The translations under genes were made by a program, and so were the position numbers. From assembly GCF_913775715.1 (NCBI RefSeq), contig NZ_CAJYMC010000001.1: a stretch of 32,000 nt of DNA. One strand, written 5' to 3'. The stretch comes from an uncultured Exiguobacterium sp. GTDB lineage: Bacteria > Bacillota > Bacilli > Exiguobacteriales > Exiguobacteriaceae. Positions 28,201-32,000 of this stretch are shown here, piece by piece (the stretch's first letter is position 1; every line of letters begins with the position of its first letter). The notes under the pieces are model-generated. The model saw only the letters and a list, made by a program, of their open reading frames with translations, ran no database searches and had not been told where the DNA came from.

Positions 28201-28977
28201 ATGCAACACCAAACATCTGAACCGACTGCTACGCAACAAGCCGCTGAAACACTCGACGGCTGGTATACATTACATGATTTCCGCCGGATCGATTGGTCAC
28301 GCTTGAAACAAGTCGACGCAACAGACCGCGCGCGTATGATTGAAGAGTTCCAAGCCTTCCTCTCAGAGCTTTCTGGCGTCGAAGCGACAAAAGACGGCAG
28401 CCATGCACTTTACACGATCATCGGTCAAAAAGCGGATCTCGTCTTGATGGTCCTTCGTCCAACGATGGAACAAATCCAAGACGTCGAAGTCAAGATGCAG
28501 AAACTTGATCTATACGATTACCTCATTCCTACGTACTCTTACGTCTCTGTCGTCGAACTCGGTACGTATCGTGGTTCAGGAGAAGGAAACCCATACGAGA
28601 ATCCTTACGTGCGTGATCGTCTCTATCCGATCTTGCCGCAAGCGAAGCACATCTGCTTCTATCCGATGAGCAAGTCACGTCGCGATGGCGACAACTGGTA
28701 CACGCTTTCAATGGAAAAACGTAAAGAGCTCATGTACCGTCATGGTATGATCGGTCGGAGTTACGCTGGTAAGATTCAGCAAATCATCGGTGGATCAACT
28801 GGATTCGACGATTGGGAATGGGGCGTCACACTCTTCTCAGACGACATTCTCCAGTTCAAGAAAATCGTTTATGAAATGCGTTTTGACGAAGTTAGCGCGA
28901 AGTACGGTGAGTTTGGTGAGTTCTTCATCGGCAACCGTCTCGAAAGTGAACAATTAAATACTCATTTTGCACTTTAA
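28201..28977 (+). CDS. chdC: Coproheme decarboxylase (hydrogen peroxide-dependent heme synthase), chlorite-dismutase family
   Basis: 258 aa from ATG 28201 (GGAGG 7 nt upstream). [20 protein letters not shown]...NWY and [15 protein letters not shown] are typical of HemQ/ChdC. It is divergent from pta as in B. subtilis. The track's TTG 27955 extension is rejected. Confidence 0.9.
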   Translation: MQHQTSEPTATQQAAETLDGWYTLHDFRRIDWSRLKQVDATDRARMIEEFQAFLSELSGVEATKDGSHALYTIIGQKADLVLMVLRPTMEQIQDVEVKMQKLDLYDYLIPTYSYVSVVELGTYRGSGEGNPYENPYVRDRLYPILPQAKHICFYPMSKSRRDGDNWYTLSMEKRKELMYRHGMIGRSYAGKIQQIIGGSTGFDDWEWGVTLFSDDILQFKKIVYEMRFDEVSAKYGEFGEFFIGNRLESEQLNTHFAL

Positions 28978-28980
28978 TGT

Positions 28981-28992
28981 GTTGAATGACGT
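28981..28992 (+). repeat. Direct repeat copy 1 (GTTGAATGACGT)
   Basis: Exact 12-mer, repeated at 29044-29055. It abuts the -35 element of the small-ORF promoter. Confidence 0.9.
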
Positions 28993-29021
28993 TTGATTGA
29001 AATATCTCATGGGAATATACT
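28993..29021 (+). promoter_or_regulatory. Candidate sigma-A promoter of the 49-aa ORF
   Basis: TTGATT-(17)-TATACT. Confidence 0.55.
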
Positions 29022-29043
29022 CCTTGCGGCTATAAAACAGTAA

Positions 29044-29055
29044 GTTGAATGACGT
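29044..29055 (+). repeat. Direct repeat copy 2 (GTTGAATGACGT)
   Basis: Exact 12-mer, 63 bp start-to-start from copy 1. It sits immediately 5' of the AAGGAGG SD. Confidence 0.9.
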
Positions 29056-29069
29056 AAGGAGGAATTACC

Positions 29070-29219
29070 ATGGGGAATGCTATGAACCGATCGACACGAT
29101 CGCGTGAATTGCAATTCGCTGTGCTTTCAAAAGAGCTGAAACCGGTTGCAGATCGTGTACTGGATCGCTATGAGCAAGCATTATCGAAGCTAAACAAAAC
29201 ACAAACGACAAAACGATGA
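29070..29219 (+). CDS. Hypothetical small basic protein (49 aa), absent from the ORF track (<60 aa)
   Basis: My translation is MGNAMNRSTRSRELQFAVLSKELKPVADRVLDRYEQALSKLNKTQTTKR. AAGGAGG lies 7 nt upstream of the ATG. The ORF has its own promoter and a strong terminator 18 nt after the stop. No family was recognised. Confidence 0.55.
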   Translation: MGNAMNRSTRSRELQFAVLSKELKPVADRVLDRYEQALSKLNKTQTTKR

Positions 29220-29236
29220 ATTCGTTTTGATACCTG

Positions 29237-29265
29237 CGCCCACTCGATATCGAGTGGGCGTTTTT
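29237..29265 (+). terminator. Rho-independent terminator after the 49-aa ORF
   Basis: CGCCCACTCGA-TA-TCGAGTGGGCG form a perfect 11-bp stem followed by TTTTT. Confidence 0.85.
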
Positions 29266-29270
29266 CGTAT

Positions 29271-29310
29271 AAAAAAGACCGCTCTTCTCCATGACGGAAG
29301 AAAAACGGTC
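29271..29310 (-). terminator. Possible terminator after the DUF423 gene
   Basis: The outer GACCG/CGGTC pairs and an imperfect inner CTTC/GAAG pairing form the stem. A6 on the plus strand gives U6 on the minus strand. Confidence 0.4.
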
Positions 29311-29315
29311 AAACC

Positions 29316-29684
29316 TCATAATCCTTTGTAGGCACCAATCGCGACAAAGATCCAGGCCGCAATGAATAAGACGCCACCGATCGGTGTGATAGCTCCCAGT
29401 TTCGTCACGTTCGTCAACGCCATGACGTACAGACTACCGGAGAAGAAAACGATTCCAGCGAGCATCAGCCAAGCAGCCAACGACCATTGTGGAATCGATG
29501 CTTTTAACAAGAGTCCTCCGAGTGCTAGGATACCGAGCGAGTGCATCATCTGATACAGAACACCAGTCTGCCAGTTCGCGAGCATCCGTTCCGTCAACAT
29601 ATCTTTTAAGGCGTGGGCACCGAATGCACCAAGTGCGACCGATAACATCATCGAGATCGCGCCAATCATAATGAATACTTTCAT
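29316..29684 (-). CDS. DUF423 (YgdD/TMEM256-like) membrane protein
   Basis: 122 aa from ATG 29684 (GGGGGAG 7 nt upstream). It has four TM segments with the GAFGAH...Y...H motif pattern of DUF423 (B. subtilis YwdK-like). Confidence 0.8.
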   Translation of the reverse strand: MKVFIMIGAISMMLSVALGAFGAHALKDMLTERMLANWQTGVLYQMMHSLGILALGGLLLKASIPQWSLAAWLMLAGIVFFSGSLYVMALTNVTKLGAITPIGGVLFIAAWIFVAIGAYKGL

Positions 29685-29686
29685 GC

Positions 29687-30292
29687 TTATTCTCCCCCTA
29701 ACCGTCGTGCCGGTAAATTCCATTCATAATAATACGATAGCATACGTAAAACAGTGATGAGTCCGAGCAATGTGAACAAATGTAGAGGATTCGTCAATTG
29801 GAAGCGATCAATCACGAGTGCGGCCATGACGGCCCACATCGCATAAATCTCTTTATGCAAGACAAGTGGCTTCCGACCCGCGAGTAAATCGCGAATCACT
29901 CCACCGCCAACACCAGTCAGCACTGCAGCTGAAATCGTTGCTGACAATGGCAGTCCTTTTGCTGTCGCCATCAAGGCACCTTGAATCGCAAACGCCGACA
30001 ACCCGAGCGCATCCGCGAGGACGCCCCAACGTGTCCAGTGCGGCAAGAACAACTGGGGTAACATGAAGATCAACAACGCAACGAGAATCGCGACTAAAAA
30101 GAGACCACCTTGCGACCAGAGAGCGGATACCGGTACACCAATCAGTAAATTACGAATGGCACCGCCACCGAACGCCGTGATCAAAGCTAGTAACCAGACG
30201 CCGAATAAATCATATTTTTCTTCCATCGCAACGATCGCACCACTCATCGCAAAAGCGACCGTGCCGATGATATTCAATAAGTCCCAGGACAT
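29687..30292 (-). CDS. UPF0126 / TRIC-like cation channel family membrane protein (two Gly-transporter-type repeats)
   Basis: Duplicated motif GGGAIRNLL / GGGVIRDLL with ~7 TM segments. ATG 30292 is preferred over the track GTG 30298 on SD spacing. The stop lies 2 nt from the DUF423 start. Confidence 0.8.
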   Translation of the reverse strand: MSWDLLNIIGTVAFAMSGAIVAMEEKYDLFGVWLLALITAFGGGAIRNLLIGVPVSALWSQGGLFLVAILVALLIFMLPQLFLPHWTRWGVLADALGLSAFAIQGALMATAKGLPLSATISAAVLTGVGGGVIRDLLAGRKPLVLHKEIYAMWAVMAALVIDRFQLTNPLHLFTLLGLITVLRMLSYYYEWNLPARRLGGE

Positions 30293-30457
30293 GCGCACAT
30301 TTCACCTTTCTACAAAGAAATTCCAATACTTACTATACTCTCTTTTTAGTTTCCGTACAGCATTAATTTTCTGTCACCGTTTCGACCGTTTGCGAGTGAC
30401 GATTTTAGGTAAAGTAACCTATACTGAAACAAACTGTACAGGAAGCTAGGTGACCGT

Positions 30458-32000
30458 ATGAAACGTTGGGCGCTTTATCGCATCGTCGTCATCGTGACGA
30501 TGTTCGCACGTTACATCTTTACGATCTATCGATTCACCCGGAAAAACCGGCCAGGTACGAACAACGAAGAGTTTGAGCGCATCATGATCCGGATTGCGCG
30601 TGACTATAAGAAAAAAGCATTACGCCTCGAAGGATTACTGATCAAGCTCGGTCAATTCTTGTCGATCCGAGCCGACCTGTTTCCTCCGTCCGTCTTAATG
30701 GAACTGACCGAACTCGTCGATAAAGTGCCTTCGAGTAAACTCGGAGAATCACGAAAGATCATAGAAGAGGATTGGGGTATGCCGATCGAAGAGATTATCT
30801 CGGATATCAGTCCCCGCCCTGTCGCGTCGGCCTCGATTGGTGAAGTCTACAGCGGAATCCTAAAATCAAACGGTAAAAAGGTCGCGATCAAAGTCCAGCG
30901 ACCGAATATCGAACAAATCATTAAGACTGATTTTCGTGCCATGCGCATCGTCATTGCCATGTTGCGCCGGACTTCATTAAACAAATCAACTGATCTACAA
31001 AGTTTGTATCGCCAAATGGTCTTCGTCATCGGTGATGAATTGAATTACCGAACTGAATTAAAAAACGGGCTCTACTTTAAAAAGATGTATGAGACGAACC
31101 CCGTCATCTATATTCCGAGTTATTATGAGGAACATTGCACGAATCGTGTTCTTGTCATGGAATGGATCGAAGGAACACGCATTACGGATCTCGATTATCT
31201 AGCAGAACACCAAATTGACCGTGACGAACTGGCACGTAATCTATTCTTGAACGCCGGGGAACAATTACTGTTCGGCGGGAAATTCCACGCCGATCCACAC
31301 CCGGGCAACGTCCTCGTCCAATCCGACGGTAAAATCGTTTTGCTTGATTTCGGGATGATCGGAGCGACAACGCCTGACGACATGCGAGCGATTCAGCGAA
31401 TCCTTCAGTCCTTCGTCACATTGGATTACGATGCGATCGTCGATGGTCTAGAAGATCTACGATTCCTGTTGCCAAATGCAAATAAGCAAAACATCCGACA
31501 AGCGATTGAAAAAGCGGTCACGTTTTATCTCGAAAGTGATATGGAGAACGTCGATACGAAATTGATCGAGAAGGTATTATCCGATATCGAGTTACTCGTC
31601 CGAAACGAACCAATCCAGCTCCCTGCCGAGTTCGCGTTCTTCGGTCGTGCTGCATCGACGATTCTTGGAATCCTTCAGATTCTTTCGCCACAAATCAATC
31701 TACTTGAATTAGCTAAACCAATGGTTCGACGTTGGCTCGATGATGAAGGGAAAAACCAAAACCGTTACCTCCAGATTGCCGGCTCTTACGGCGCGCGCTT
31801 GCTCGCCTTCCCGCGTCTTGTTAACGATGCCTTAAGCGAACCGACACGTTGGCGGATTATGGAGCAACAAAAGTTTTCTCGTGTCGCAAATATCGAGTCA
31901 CTCAAAATCCGGCAGTGGACGAGTTCGCTCGTCGGGATCATCAGCCTACCATTTAGTTATCTCGGCTATTATTTTACGCAGTATGACGTCATGGGCATTT
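30458..32000 (+). CDS. ABC1/UbiB/AarF atypical kinase family protein (3'-truncated by the window end)
   Basis: The frame is open from ATG 30458 to the window end, and the ORF is missing from the track because it has no stop. My translation contains LIKLGQFLSIRADLFP, PVASASIGEVY, VAIKVQRP, FHADPHPGNVLV and LLDFGM, which are typical ABC1 kinase motifs. Confidence 0.85.
   Translation, partial: MKRWALYRIVVIVTMFARYIFTIYRFTRKNRPGTNNEEFERIMIRIARDYKKKALRLEGLLIKLGQFLSIRADLFPPSVLMELTELVDKVPSSKLGESRKIIEEDWGMPIEEIISDISPRPVASASIGEVYSGILKSNGKKVAIKVQRPNIEQIIKTDFRAMRIVIAMLRRTSLNKSTDLQSLYRQMVFVIGDELNYRTELKNGLYFKKMYETNPVIYIPSYYEEHCTNRVLVMEWIEGTRITDLDYLAEHQIDRDELARNLFLNAGEQLLFGGKFHADPHPGNVLVQSDGKIVLLDFGMIGATTPDDMRAIQRILQSFVTLDYDAIVDGLEDLRFLLPNANKQNIRQAIEKAVTFYLESDMENVDTKLIEKVLSDIELLVRNEPIQLPAEFAFFGRAASTILGILQILSPQINLLELAKPMVRRWLDDEGKNQNRYLQIAGSYGARLLAFPRLVNDALSEPTRWRIMEQQKFSRVANIESLKIRQWTSSLVGIISLPFSYLGYYFTQYDVMGI

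Noticed and set aside
29080-29319. A 79-aa minus-strand ORF from the track.
   Set aside because: It has no SD, and it spans two terminator hairpins and the plus-strand small ORF. The plus-strand 49-aa ORF has a complete promoter, SD and terminator set and explains the region better.
30847-31383. Three 60-62-aa minus-strand ORFs.
   Set aside because: They are antisense to the long open ABC1/UbiB kinase frame, have no SD, and have an R/S-rich composition.

Overview
This window looks like densely coding chromosomal core DNA from a Bacillales-like Firmicute. That placement is inferred from gene content and Bacillus-type SD, promoter and terminator signals, and cannot be verified here. I saw no rRNA or tRNA genes, CRISPR arrays, transposases, integrases, phage genes or recognisable defence genes. 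In order, the window holds: lipL-like and degV; a flotillin operon (small ORF, nfeD, floT, small membrane ORF) behind a SigW-like promoter; a tandem-HD phosphohydrolase coupled to a Bcr/CflA MFS pump; two tandem TerC paralogues; folE2; a LytS/LytTR two-component system followed by cstA; a T-box-controlled operon (DUF62 SAM hydrolase, ECF S component, duplicated ATPase, T component); a DUF2157-like/GDYXXLXY membrane pair; an MCP; a rhodanese; an amino-acid permease; guanine riboswitch-xpt-pbuX; pta; chdC/hemQ; an unannotated 49-aa ORF; DUF423; a UPF0126/TRIC-like protein; and a 3'-truncated ABC1/UbiB kinase. The most interesting item is the probably Met-specific T-box leader driving a SAM hydrolase plus a dedicated ECF importer, which suggests a methionine-starvation-induced SAM scavenging route. 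Several ORF-track entries are over-extended at the N-terminus across RNA leaders or hairpins, and I have re-called their starts. All calls come from reading the sequence and recalling protein families. No database search was run.
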